Position numbers and translations under genes: made by a program. The notes under the pieces are model-generated. The model saw nothing but the letters and a program-made list of their open reading frames with translations. It was not told the origin of the DNA and made no database searches. From Planctomycetota bacterium (GTDB lineage Bacteria > Planctomycetota > Phycisphaerae > Phycisphaerales > SM1A02), in NCBI GenBank assembly GCA_009926625.1, contig RFON01000011.1, positions 4,713 to 68,712 on the forward strand: 64,000 nucleotides of DNA, read 5' to 3'. Below are positions 1 to 9,565 of the stretch, one piece after another. Every line of letters starts with the position of its first letter. Position 1 is the stretch's first letter.

Positions 1-357
1 CCGCACCGCGTACCGCACCGAAAGCACCGAGCGCTGCGCGGACTGGCGAACATCGATGGGGAGATCGCGGCGGTGATCGACTTCGCGTCGATCTGCGGAT
101 TTGAGTGGAGCCCAGCGGGCGGCACGAAGGCACGAATGGTGGTGCTCGGCGAACGCGGCGCAGCGTGGGCCTTCGAAGTCGACGAAGTGCCTGGCACGCT
201 GGCTGTCAGCAACGAAGATGTCGCGGTCGCCCCGGTGACGGTCTCCGCACCGCACGCAGGGTTCACATCTGGACTCGTGCCGATGGAGCATGGCGCTGCG
301 GGATTGGTGGATGTCGATGCGCTGCTCACCGCGTGCGAAGGAGTGGTGCGTTCATGA
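1..357 (+). CDS. cheW: CheW-like coupling protein, 5' end outside the window
   Basis: Frame 1 is open from base 1 (..RALRGLANIDGEIAAVIDFASICG..), which is CheW-type sequence. The tracked 73..357 ORF is only the tail. Its stop overlaps the cheA start (ATGA at 354-357). Confidence 0.8.
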   Translation, partial: PHRVPHRKHRALRGLANIDGEIAAVIDFASICGFEWSPAGGTKARMVVLGERGAAWAFEVDEVPGTLAVSNEDVAVAPVTVSAPHAGFTSGLVPMEHGAAGLVDVDALLTACEGVVRS

Positions 358-2633
358 GCCTCGGCGGCTTCAGCATGTTCGACCTGTACCGGCAGGAAGC
401 AGAGCAGCATGGCCGCGCGCTCAGCGATGGACTCGTGTCGCTCGAGAGCGCAAGCGATCGGGCGCTGGTGGAGCCGTTGATGCGCGCGGCGCACAGCGTC
501 AAGGGAGCTGCACGGATCGTGGGGTTCGATGCGCTGGTGAAACTCGCTCATGCGATGGAAGATTGTCTCGTTCGCATCCAAAAGGGAACGGAGTCCATCA
601 GCGCTGAGCGAACGGATCAGTTGCTGCAAGGGGTGGATCTCATCGTGCAGAGCGCGGCGGTCGCCGAGTCGGATGTGGCTGCGTGGTCGGCGCAGCAGGA
701 TGCAAAGATCGATTCGCTTGTGAAGCAGTATGAGCAAGCGCCGGCGCCTGCCGCGGCAGCCGCCACAGTGGTGCCACCGCTCGGCATGGCCGCGCCAGAG
801 CCCGCCGCGGTTGCCGCACCCTCACAACCCGTGCCAGCGCCACCAACTGCGCCGCCGCCGCCACCGCCACCGACCACGCCAACGGCTGCGCCTGCGCCCG
901 CGCCCACAAGCGGCGACGTCAGCGTGATGGTCCGCACACGCAGCCTCGACCGCCTCATGCGCCTCTCAAGCGAGAGCCTTGTGGAGTCGCGCCGCCTCGA
1001 AGGCGTGCAGCAGCGACTCCGCGCGATTCGCCGCGGCGAACGCATGCTCGAAGACCTGTTTGATCGGCGGCGCGCGGGCGCGGCGGTCGCCGACGATGAC
1101 CTGAACGCCGCCCATCAGCGCGTGCGCGCCGAAGTTGCCCAGCTTGACGCCGACCTGCAGGCGCACTTGCGCCGCAGCGAAGAACTCGGCTCTGCGCTCC
1201 ACCATGAGGCGATCCAGTCGCGCATGCGACCGTTTGCGGACGCGTGCGTGACGGTGCCGCGGACGGTGCGCGATCTTGCGCGGTCGCTCGGCAAGGAAGT
1301 GACCATCCGTCTCGGCGGACAGGCGGTCAGCGTCGACCGCGACATCCTGCGGAAACTGGAGGCACCACTGACTCACCTGGTGCGCAACGCGATCGATCAT
1401 GGGATCGAGTCTCCGACAGATCGAGGCGCGACAGGCAAGTCGGCGCAGGCAACCGTTCGAGTCAGTGCGAGTCATCAGGCGGGCATGCTGCTCGTGGAGG
1501 TGGGCGATGATGGCCGCGGCATCGATCTTGACCGCCTGCGGGCGAAGATCCTTGAGAAGAAACTGTCGACAGCTGAACTCGTGGCACGTATGGGCGACAG
1601 GGAACTGCTCGACTTCCTCTTCCTGCCGGGCTTCAGCACCGCATCCGCGCTCACGGATATCTCTGGGCGTGGCGTCGGGCTTGATGTCGTGCAGTCGACC
1701 GTCCATGAGGTTGGCGGAAGCGTCGAAGTGATCACCGCGATGGGAAGGGGAACGACGTTCCGCATGCGTCTGCCCGTCACGCTCAGCGTGGTGCGGGCTG
1801 CGATCGTTTCCATCGGAGGCGAGCCGTATGCGCTGCCGCTTGCCCGCATGGAGCGCATCGACAGGCTGGGCCAGAGCGACCTGACGCATGTCGAAGGGCG
1901 GCTGGTCGCACACATCCAAGAGGAACTCGTGGGGCTCGTTCGCGCGGATTCGCTGCTTGCGCTGCCAGAGCCGCCGCCTTCGGGATCGATCGCCGTCGTC
2001 AGCCTGCGCGTTCGACAGAAGACGCTCGGACTGATCGTGGATGGATTCCTCGGCGAAGAGGACATCGTGGTGAGCCCACTCGATGAGCGGTTCGGCAGCG
2101 TTCCCCAAGTGGCCGCGATGAGCGTTCGTCAGGATGGAGGGTTGGTGCTGATCCTCGATCTCGATGCACTCGGCATCGATGCGGCGCGGCAACTGGACGA
2201 GGGATCGCTCCGCGGGGCCGCAGCGGGAAGCGAGCGCAGCACCGTGCGGCGCCGGCGTGTGCTGGTGGTGGAAGATTCACTGACGGTCCGTGAAGTCGAG
2301 CGACAGATGCTGACGCGCGCGGGATACGAAGTGGATGTTGCGGTGGACGGACTCGATGGCTGGAACGCCCTGCAGCGTTCCACCTACGACCTTGTCCTGA
2401 GCGATGTCGACATGCCGCGAATGAATGGGCTCGATCTCGTGCGGCGCATTCGGGCCGATCGCCGACTGGCGCAAATGCCGATCGTGATGGTTTCCTACAA
2501 GGACCGCGACGAGGATCGCCGCGCCGGACTGGAGGCGGGTGCAACGGCATACATGACGAAGGCGGCGTTCCATGATCGGACGCTGCTCGACACGGTGGCG
2601 GATCTGATCGAATCGTCGGTGCAAGAAAGCTGA
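354..2633 (+). CDS. cheA: Hybrid chemosensory histidine kinase CheA with C-terminal receiver domain (WspE-like)
   Basis: In-frame ATG at 354 within ORF 105..2633. Hpt motif AAHSVKGAARIVG, Pro/Ala-rich linker, HATPase motifs HLVRNAIDHGIE and GRGVGLDVV, a CheW-like domain, then a REC domain (VLVVEDS..DVDMPRMNG..SYKD). Confidence 0.9.
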   Translation: MSLGGFSMFDLYRQEAEQHGRALSDGLVSLESASDRALVEPLMRAAHSVKGAARIVGFDALVKLAHAMEDCLVRIQKGTESISAERTDQLLQGVDLIVQSAAVAESDVAAWSAQQDAKIDSLVKQYEQAPAPAAAAATVVPPLGMAAPEPAAVAAPSQPVPAPPTAPPPPPPPTTPTAAPAPAPTSGDVSVMVRTRSLDRLMRLSSESLVESRRLEGVQQRLRAIRRGERMLEDLFDRRRAGAAVADDDLNAAHQRVRAEVAQLDADLQAHLRRSEELGSALHHEAIQSRMRPFADACVTVPRTVRDLARSLGKEVTIRLGGQAVSVDRDILRKLEAPLTHLVRNAIDHGIESPTDRGATGKSAQATVRVSASHQAGMLLVEVGDDGRGIDLDRLRAKILEKKLSTAELVARMGDRELLDFLFLPGFSTASALTDISGRGVGLDVVQSTVHEVGGSVEVITAMGRGTTFRMRLPVTLSVVRAAIVSIGGEPYALPLARMERIDRLGQSDLTHVEGRLVAHIQEELVGLVRADSLLALPEPPPSGSIAVVSLRVRQKTLGLIVDGFLGEEDIVVSPLDERFGSVPQVAAMSVRQDGGLVLILDLDALGIDAARQLDEGSLRGAAAGSERSTVRRRRVLVVEDSLTVREVERQMLTRAGYEVDVAVDGLDGWNALQRSTYDLVLSDVDMPRMNGLDLVRRIRADRRLAQMPIVMVSYKDRDEDRRAGLEAGATAYMTKAAFHDRTLLDTVADLIESSVQES

Positions 2634-3686
2634 GTGCCTCACCCGTACATTCCCCCCGTGCGCATTGCCATCGTGAATGATCTGCGGCTCGCGGTCGAAC
2701 TACTGCGGCAGGCGGTCGCCCAGATTCATGGGGCGTCGGTCGCTTGGGTCGCTGAAGATGGGCAGCAGGCGGTGGACATGTGTGCGCAGGACACGCCCGA
2801 TCTCCTGCTGATGGACATGCAGATGCCTGTGATGGACGGCGCCGTTGCCACGCGACACATCATGAAGCGCTGTCCGTGCCCCATCATCGTGGTGACGGCA
2901 TCGATCGATCACAACCTCGACCGTGTGTACGACGCACTTGGCGCGGGCGCGCTTGATGTCACGCTGACGCCGACGATTCGACCCGATGGAACCCTCGATG
3001 GACTTGACGCGCTCGTCCGCAAGGTCGCGTATGTCCGTGCGCTTGATGGGCACCGCCATGAGGTGACAGGTGCCCCAACTCCCGCGCGCACCGCCAGCGG
3101 CCGTGGGATTGTCGCGATTGGCTGCAGCACGGGCGGTCCACCAGCCCTTGGCAAGTTGCTTGGCGCATTGCCGCGCGCATTCGACTGGCCAATCGTGATC
3201 GTTCAGCACATTGATCGGGGGTTCGCCGAGGGATTGGCGCAGTGGCTCGCGTACATCTCGGGACGCACAGTGGATGTGGCGCGCGAGGGTGAGCATGCAG
3301 AGGCGGGACATGTGTACCTCGCGTGCAGTGACGATCACCTCGTGCTGCGAGGCGGTCGCTTCTTCCACACGGCGGAACCGCGGGGACTTGCCCATCGCCC
3401 ATCGGTGGATGTGCTGTTCGAAAGCCTCGCGCAAGCGCCGCTCGGCATCGCCGTGCTTCTCACCGGCATGGGGCGTGACGGCGCGGATGGACTGCGTGCG
3501 CTTCGTGCAGCTGGCTGGCACACGATTGCGCAGGATGAGGCGACAAGCGTGGTCTGGGGGATGGCCGGCGCGGCCGTCAAGTGCGGCGGGGCAGTGGAGG
3601 TGTTGCCGCTCGAGGCAATCGCCGATGCAATCGTCCGAAGCTCCACAGCGCATGCCTCGCACGGCGACGGTGTGAAGTCATCGTGA
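2634..3686 (+). CDS. cheB: Chemotaxis response regulator protein-glutamate methylesterase CheB
   Basis: N-terminal REC (IAIVNDL..LLLMDMQMPVMDG) plus methylesterase motifs (GCSTGGPPAL, GMGRDGADGL). Abuts the cheA stop. The start could be the GTG at 2659 instead. Confidence 0.88.
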   Translation: MPHPYIPPVRIAIVNDLRLAVELLRQAVAQIHGASVAWVAEDGQQAVDMCAQDTPDLLLMDMQMPVMDGAVATRHIMKRCPCPIIVVTASIDHNLDRVYDALGAGALDVTLTPTIRPDGTLDGLDALVRKVAYVRALDGHRHEVTGAPTPARTASGRGIVAIGCSTGGPPALGKLLGALPRAFDWPIVIVQHIDRGFAEGLAQWLAYISGRTVDVAREGEHAEAGHVYLACSDDHLVLRGGRFFHTAEPRGLAHRPSVDVLFESLAQAPLGIAVLLTGMGRDGADGLRALRAAGWHTIAQDEATSVVWGMAGAAVKCGGAVEVLPLEAIADAIVRSSTAHASHGDGVKSS

Positions 3687-3702
3687 GAACCCCAGGAGCA
3701 CC

Positions 3703-4857
3703 ATGAGCCAGATACTGAAGACCAAGGAGCCGCCCATCACCGTCCTGCTCATCGATGATCAGGCGATCATCGGCGAGGCAGTACGGCGCATTTGTGCATC
3801 GCAACCCGACATCCAGTTCCACTTCGTGAGCGATCCAACGCAGGCGATCGCGAAGGCTCGCGAACTGCAGCCGACGGTCATCTTGCAGGACCTCGTGATG
3901 CCGGGTGTCGATGGGCTTGATCTGGTCAGCCAATTCCGCGCTGAAACGGCAACGGCGACCACGCCGCTTGTGGTGCTCAGTTCGAAGGAAGAGGGACAGA
4001 CGAAGGCAGAGGCATTCGCACGCGGGGCAAATGACTACATGGTCAAGCTGCCTGATCCGCTCGAGATCATCGCAAGGCTCCGCTATCACTCACGCGGCTA
4101 CATCGCGCAGCTCCAGCGCAACGCGGCGTACGAGGCCCTCGCGTCCGAGCTCCACCAAGCTGCCGAGTATGTGCGCAGCCTTCTGCCCGCACCGATGGAT
4201 GTCCCTGCGCTCCGAACGCGCTGGGTGTTCACGCCGTCGGCTTCCCTTGGTGGCGACTGTTTCGGCTACCGCATGCTGGATGACAGCCACTTCGCGTTTT
4301 GGCTGATCGATGTGTGTGGGCACGGCGTTGGACCATCGCTGCTGTCGGTCAGCGTGCGAAACCTTCTGCAGGGGGCGGCTCCGAGCGTCGACCTGCGTCA
4401 GCCCGGTGCGGTCATGACCATGTTGAACGCGTCGTTCCAGATGGCCACGCAGAACAACCTGTACTTCACTGGTTGGTACGGGGTCTTGCATGTTCCGACG
4501 CGGGCGCTTCGCTGGTCCGGCGCAGCGCATCCCTCCGTGCTCATCGCGGGGCCAAGCGGCATCCGCGAGTGCGAATCGCAGAACACGATCATCGGCATGG
4601 TCGACGGGATCGCCTTCGAGGAGACGCTGATCGATCTCGATCACGGCGACCGCATCTACATCTACAGCGACGGTGTTGTCGAGATCGCCATACCGGATGG
4701 CACCGTGTGGTCGCACAGCCAGTTCATGGATTTCATGCGGACGGATGCGCTGAACGCACCATCGCCGATCGACCGAGTGATGCAGTACACCGAGCAGTTG
4801 CAGGGGGGTGCTGCGTATCAAGACGATGTCAGCATGGTGGAGATCGAAGTCCGCTGA
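3703..4857 (+). CDS. Response regulator fused to a SpoIIE/PP2C-type serine phosphatase (RsbU-like)
   Basis: REC (VLLIDDQ..LQDLVMPGVDG..SSKE) then PP2C/SpoIIE signature GGDCFGYRML..FWLIDVCGHGVGPSLLSV and YIYSDGV..QDDVSMVEI. AGGAG RBS lies 6 nt upstream of the ATG. Confidence 0.88.
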   Translation: MSQILKTKEPPITVLLIDDQAIIGEAVRRICASQPDIQFHFVSDPTQAIAKARELQPTVILQDLVMPGVDGLDLVSQFRAETATATTPLVVLSSKEEGQTKAEAFARGANDYMVKLPDPLEIIARLRYHSRGYIAQLQRNAAYEALASELHQAAEYVRSLLPAPMDVPALRTRWVFTPSASLGGDCFGYRMLDDSHFAFWLIDVCGHGVGPSLLSVSVRNLLQGAAPSVDLRQPGAVMTMLNASFQMATQNNLYFTGWYGVLHVPTRALRWSGAAHPSVLIAGPSGIRECESQNTIIGMVDGIAFEETLIDLDHGDRIYIYSDGVVEIAIPDGTVWSHSQFMDFMRTDALNAPSPIDRVMQYTEQLQGGAAYQDDVSMVEIEVR

Positions 4858-4906
4858 TGGACCGTGGTCCCCTTCGCAGCGGAGCGAAGTCGATGGCGCG
4901 CCGGGA

Positions 4907-6316
4907 TCAGGGCAGATTGAACCGCTTCGTCGGCGATCGAGCGAGGAACTGTCCATGCCCCGAGCGAGCGACGAAGCGTCCATCTTCAACGGCACGGGCG
5001 CCGCGCACCCACACATCCCGCACTGCGCCCGCCACCGACATCCCCTCGAACGCGCTGTAGTCCACCGCGCTCGCGTGCGTTCGCGCAGAAATCGTTGAAC
5101 GCGCGCGCGGATCGAAGGTCACGAGATCTGCATCGGCGCCCTCGGCAATACTGCCCTTGCGAGGATGCAGTCCAAACTGCTTCGCCGCATTGGTGGATGC
5201 CACGCGCACCAATGTGCACAGATCGATCGTGCCTTCCGCGACGCCGCGTCCATACAGCACCTTTACACGCTCCTCCAGCGATGGGATGCCATTGGGGATC
5301 TTGGTGAAGTCGTGCTCGCCAAGCCGCTTCTGCGTTGCAAAGTCGAAGGGCGCATGATCCGTCGCAACCGTGTCGATGTCGCCGCGGCGGAGCGCGTTCC
5401 ACAGCACGGTCTGATTGGAACGATCACGCAGCGGCGGCGACATCACGAATTTCGCGCCCTCGAAGTTCGGGCGCTCGGCATGCTCCTTGTCGAGCACGAG
5501 GTACTGGATGAGTGTCTCGATGCCGACCCGAACGCCGCGGGCTCGCGCGGCCAACGCGCGCTCAAGCGCCTCCGCGCACGACAGGTGCACGATGTAGGTT
5601 TCAGCCCCAGTCAACTCGGCGAATGTCATCAAGTGATCGACCCCGCTTGCTTCGACGCGCGGCGGCCGGCTGTCGTGGTGCGCTTCGGGTCCCGTGCGCC
5701 CAGCGGCGAGCAGTTCGCGCGAGCGTTCCGCGATGAGCGTCTCGTTCTCGCAGTGCGCCGTGACAACGACCCCGAGCTTGCTCGCGAGTGCGAGGGTGCG
5801 GTACAGGATCTCATCAGTGATCCCGAGCGCTCCCCTGTAAGCGAGGAAGACCTTGAACGAAGCAACGCCGCGGCGAACGATCGAAGTGAGCGCCGCTTCG
5901 GTCGTGTCGTCCCAGCGAGTGACACCCATGTGGAAGGAGTAGTCACACGCGGAACGATCGCGTGCGTTGGACATCCATGTTTCGAGCGCGGCCGTTGGGT
6001 CGTCACCCGACGCTGGGCAGACCATTTCGATCAGTGTGGTCGTACCGCCCAGCAGCGCAGCCTTGCTCGCGGTCTCCCATGTGTCCTTCGCCAGCGTTCC
6101 CATGAACGGCAGGTGAATGTGGACATGCGGATCGATGAAGCCTGGAAAGACCAGCATGTCGCGCGCGTCGACGGTCGCGCAACCAGCCGGCGCATCGAGT
6201 TGCGGCGCGATGGACTTGATGGTCTCACCGCTTATCAGGATGTCGGCACGAAACTGGCGGGAGTCAGTGACGATCTCGCCGCCGCGGAGCAAGGTCTCAG
6301 GGGCGTTCGTTGGCAT
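4907..6316 (-). CDS. Dihydropyrimidinase / D-hydantoinase (cyclic amidohydrolase)
   Basis: 469 aa. Metal-binding DPHVHIHLPFMG, FKVFLAY (carboxylated-Lys region), TDHAPF. Confidence 0.85.
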   Translation of the reverse strand: MPTNAPETLLRGGEIVTDSRQFRADILISGETIKSIAPQLDAPAGCATVDARDMLVFPGFIDPHVHIHLPFMGTLAKDTWETASKAALLGGTTTLIEMVCPASGDDPTAALETWMSNARDRSACDYSFHMGVTRWDDTTEAALTSIVRRGVASFKVFLAYRGALGITDEILYRTLALASKLGVVVTAHCENETLIAERSRELLAAGRTGPEAHHDSRPPRVEASGVDHLMTFAELTGAETYIVHLSCAEALERALAARARGVRVGIETLIQYLVLDKEHAERPNFEGAKFVMSPPLRDRSNQTVLWNALRRGDIDTVATDHAPFDFATQKRLGEHDFTKIPNGIPSLEERVKVLYGRGVAEGTIDLCTLVRVASTNAAKQFGLHPRKGSIAEGADADLVTFDPRARSTISARTHASAVDYSAFEGMSVAGAVRDVWVRGARAVEDGRFVARSGHGQFLARSPTKRFNLP

Positions 6317-6370
6317 GTCGGGAGGCGGAGTCTAGTGGGGGTCAGCACGCACACTGCTAGCATCTCGTCC

Positions 6371-7561
6371 ATGTCGGCAGCGCAGATATCCGCTGATGCG
6401 CTGGTCATCGGTGGAGGCGTTGCGGGGCTCTTCATCTTGGATGCCTTGGTGGAGTCGGGCGTTGGTGCGCTGCTCGTCGATGCGCATCCGCTTGGCACTG
6501 GGCAGACCACGAACAGTCAGGGAATCCTGCACGCGGGAGTGAAGTACGCGCTCGCTGGTAGCGCCGGAGACGATGCCGTCGAAGCATCGGAAGCAGCTGC
6601 GCTCTGGTCGGAGATGCTGCGCGGCGGCGCGGGAAATGACCTGCGCGGCGTGCGCGTGTTGACCGACCATTGCTGGCTTTGGCGAAGCGCATCGTGGGCT
6701 GGGGTCGCGGGCATGCTCGGGGCACGATTGGCGCTTCGAACTGCACCAGTTGCCGTCGCCGATCACGAGCGCCCCGAGTGGCTGCGAGGTGTGAAGGGTG
6801 ATGTGCTGAAGCTCGGTGAAACGGTGATCGATCCGCGTTCAATGCTGCAGGTGCTGGCCGTGCGGCACGCCGCTCGCATCGTGCGCGGCGATGTCCAATC
6901 CATCGAGCGTCTGGCGAACGGCGCATCGATCGCGATAAGCGGAACGCAGGAGTACCGCGTCAGCGCATCGTCCGTGATCCTCGCTGCTGGCGCTGGCAAC
7001 GAGCGATTCTCCGAACTCGCTGGCGCATCAGAGCCGATGCAGCGCCGTCCGCTGCGTCAGTTGATGATTCGCGGGTCCCTGCCGATGGTGTTTGGTCACT
7101 GCATCGATGGCGCGCGAACGCGCGTGACGATTACGAGCGACCGCATGCCCGACGATTCCGTAGTCTGGCATGTAGGCGGGCAGATCGCAGAAGATGGCGT
7201 CCGCATGGAAGCGAGCGATTTCCTGCGATACGGACTCGCGGAGGTCGCCAGTGCGCTGCCCGGCGTTCCACTTGGTGGCTGCGAAGTGGGGGAGTACGCC
7301 GTCGACCGCGCAGAGCCGCGAACGAGTGACGGTCGGCGCCCGCCGCGCGCTTTCGCGAAGTGGAACGGCCCATGCTGCACCGTATGGCCGATCAAGTTGG
7401 TGCTCGCACCGCTGCTTGCGAAGGCAGTCTGCGCCCACGTGCGCGGGCGCTCGTCGTCACGCGCGCCAACGAACGGTTGGGGCGGCTTGCGAGATGGAGT
7501 CAAGATGGCCGAACGCCCCTGGGAGTCGCAGTGGAACTCGCAGCGAGTGGAAACACGATGA
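6371..7561 (+). CDS. FAD-dependent oxidoreductase (DAO-like)
   Basis: In-frame ATG at 6371 of the 5165..7561 ORF. N-terminal dinucleotide fold ALVIGGGVAGLFILDAL. The upstream 402 codons are antisense to the hydantoinase gene. Confidence 0.7.
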   Translation: MSAAQISADALVIGGGVAGLFILDALVESGVGALLVDAHPLGTGQTTNSQGILHAGVKYALAGSAGDDAVEASEAAALWSEMLRGGAGNDLRGVRVLTDHCWLWRSASWAGVAGMLGARLALRTAPVAVADHERPEWLRGVKGDVLKLGETVIDPRSMLQVLAVRHAARIVRGDVQSIERLANGASIAISGTQEYRVSASSVILAAGAGNERFSELAGASEPMQRRPLRQLMIRGSLPMVFGHCIDGARTRVTITSDRMPDDSVVWHVGGQIAEDGVRMEASDFLRYGLAEVASALPGVPLGGCEVGEYAVDRAEPRTSDGRRPPRAFAKWNGPCCTVWPIKLVLAPLLAKAVCAHVRGRSSSRAPTNGWGGLRDGVKMAERPWESQWNSQRVETR

Positions 7562-8364
7562 ACGCCGTCGCGCTCCCTGAGCGGCGAGCCGCTCGACTTT
7601 CGCGCGCAGTGCAAGTGCTCGGGTGGGGCGCGTTCAAGATCGGGCGCAACGAGGCGATCAAGTACCCCACTGCGTTTGAACTCCCAAGCGAACAAGACGC
7701 CGTCGCGCTCGTGCAGTACATCGTGCGAATGGGAATCCGTTCGATCGATACCGCACCCGCGTACGGTCTCTCCGAACGGCGGGTCGGACTGGCGCTCGAG
7801 GGGCTCACCTCGCAGGAGAGAGACGCGGTCTTTCTCTCGACCAAGGTGGGAGAGCGCTTCGAGGGCGGGCAGTCGCACTTTGACTTTTCTGGACCAGCGG
7901 TCGAGTCGAGCGTCGCGCAGAGCCTGCGATTGCTTCGCAGTGCACGGCTCGATCTGGTCTGGGTGCACTCCAATGGAAACGATGAACAGATCGTGGCGGA
8001 CGGCGCGGCGATCGGCGCACTTGCAGCACTTCGAGCGGAGGGTGTGGTGGGGGGCGTTGGATTCTCCGCCAAGCATGCCGCGGGGGCACGGGCCGCACTT
8101 GCCGATCCCCGTGTCGATGCGTTGATGCTCGAGTTCCACCCGGCCAAGCCAGAATTGCAACCAGTCATCGAGGAAGCAGCCAAGGGCGGGCGCGCCGTGT
8201 TCATCAAGAAGCCGCTTGCGAGCGGCACCCTCGAACCATCGGTGGCGATTCCGTGGATCCTGCGAAACGCGGGTGTCACCAGTGTGGTGGTCGGTGGACT
8301 CTCACTCGACCGCCTTCGCGCCAACGCTGCGCTTGCAGCAGACACCGCAACTGCCTCGCGTTGA
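7558..8364 (+). CDS. Aldo/keto reductase family oxidoreductase
   Basis: ATGA overlap with the preceding gene. Motifs IDTAPAYGLSERRVG, STKVG. Confidence 0.75.
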   Translation: MNAVALPERRAARLSRAVQVLGWGAFKIGRNEAIKYPTAFELPSEQDAVALVQYIVRMGIRSIDTAPAYGLSERRVGLALEGLTSQERDAVFLSTKVGERFEGGQSHFDFSGPAVESSVAQSLRLLRSARLDLVWVHSNGNDEQIVADGAAIGALAALRAEGVVGGVGFSAKHAAGARAALADPRVDALMLEFHPAKPELQPVIEEAAKGGRAVFIKKPLASGTLEPSVAIPWILRNAGVTSVVVGGLSLDRLRANAALAADTATASR

Positions 8365-8446
8365 CACCCCTTCCAGCACCCTTTACCATTTCCAAACTGC
8401 GCTGAGACAGTCGCAGAAGCCCCCTCGGACAGCTCGGGAGAACCCA

Positions 8447-8812
8447 ATGACCCTCGGAAACAATCGGTCGCACCCCACCCTTTCGCCACGCGCCGTTCTG
8501 GGTGCCGCACTCTCGTTGTCCTGTCTCACGCTCGCAGTGGTCGGCTGCGAATCCACGCGAACGACGCAGCAGAGCACATTCACCACGAACCCGACGATGG
8601 CGGGGGGCAGTCTCCCAACGCTTGAAACAACCCAGAATCCTGTGCCTGTGGACCCATCGATTCATGTGCATGGGCCCAACAACACATTTGCCTTCGGTCA
8701 GCAGTTCCGACCGACCACCATCATTGATCCGAAGGAACGCATCGATCAGAACACGGTGTCCACCACGACGACCACCACCACCTCGACAACTTTCCCCCAG
8801 ATCAAGCCATGA
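8447..8812 (+). CDS. Lipoprotein, Thr-rich, unknown function
   Basis: In-frame ATG at 8447. Signal peptide with lipobox LAVVGC. Thr-rich C-terminus (STTTTTTTSTT). ATGA-type overlap with the next gene. Confidence 0.6.
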   Translation: MTLGNNRSHPTLSPRAVLGAALSLSCLTLAVVGCESTRTTQQSTFTTNPTMAGGSLPTLETTQNPVPVDPSIHVHGPNNTFAFGQQFRPTTIIDPKERIDQNTVSTTTTTTTSTTFPQIKP

Positions 8813-9501
8813 GCACACTCAAGAACGCTGCCCTTCTCTCACTCGCATCGATCTGCGTTGCCTCGTCAGGTTGCGTGACGCGTCAGTCGCTTGTGACCGA
8901 TGGGAGCCCGACTGCGCTCACCTCCTACGACGCCAACTACACCGAGACCGCCTACCGCGCGGTGCAGTACATGCTCTGGAATGCGCGAGATGAGATCGTT
9001 GGCGACGATGCGTTCGATTCCACCCGCCCCGTGCTCTGCGCCGTGGCGGTGGACCTGAACGACATGAACAAGACGACCAACTTCGGTCGTCTGATGGGAC
9101 AGTCGCTGAAGACAGCGCTCCAGGCGCAGCGTTCCAACAAGATCATCGAAGTCGATCTTCGTCAGGCATACATCCCGATCGTTCAAGGGGAGAACGCGGG
9201 CGAATTCCTGCTTTCGCGCAACCTGCTCACGCTTGCGCCGCGCTTCAATGCGGGCGCAGCGCTCGTGAGCACCTACAGCATTGCGCTCAACAAGGTCTAT
9301 GTCACCGTTGAACTGATCAATGTGGATCAGAATGTGATCGTTGCGGCGCATCAGTTCGAGGTGCCGATCGGGCCGCGGACCTGGGCGCTGCTGACCAACA
9401 AGGAACTGCCGCCAGAGGCGGACTCGATCCTGCAGTACCGCCCTCCGCAGTCGGCTGCGGGTCAGATGGAAAAGCCATGGCCGTTCGCCAATCCAAGTTG
9501 A
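8809..9501 (+). CDS. FlgO-like (TolB-N-terminal-like) outer-membrane lipoprotein
   Basis: Lipobox ASSGC. Core VAVDLNDMNKTTNFGRLMGQSL..IIEVDLR..NAGEFLLSRN..ALVSTYSIALNKVYVTVELINVDQNVIVAAHQFEVP matches my recollection of the FlgO family pattern (GEFxLSR..VxGTY..vyvnaRlv). Not database-verified. Confidence 0.6.
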   Translation: MSTLKNAALLSLASICVASSGCVTRQSLVTDGSPTALTSYDANYTETAYRAVQYMLWNARDEIVGDDAFDSTRPVLCAVAVDLNDMNKTTNFGRLMGQSLKTALQAQRSNKIIEVDLRQAYIPIVQGENAGEFLLSRNLLTLAPRFNAGAALVSTYSIALNKVYVTVELINVDQNVIVAAHQFEVPIGPRTWALLTNKELPPEADSILQYRPPQSAAGQMEKPWPFANPS

Positions 9502-9565
9502 TGACTGATTGAATGGTGATCCACGCTTCGTGCGGTTCCTGAAACTTCAACCCAACGCGTCCTCC

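Noticed and set aside
966-2192. 408-aa ORF on the minus strand
   Set aside because: It lies entirely antisense to cheA, whose domains are unambiguous. It is Arg/His/Ala-rich with no motif. Long stop-free antisense frames are expected in DNA this GC-rich.
5165-6370. First 402 codons of the 798-aa plus-strand ORF 5165..7561
   Set aside because: This part is antisense to the well-supported dihydropyrimidinase gene. The real gene starts at the in-frame ATG at 6371, where the GxGxxG FAD fold begins.
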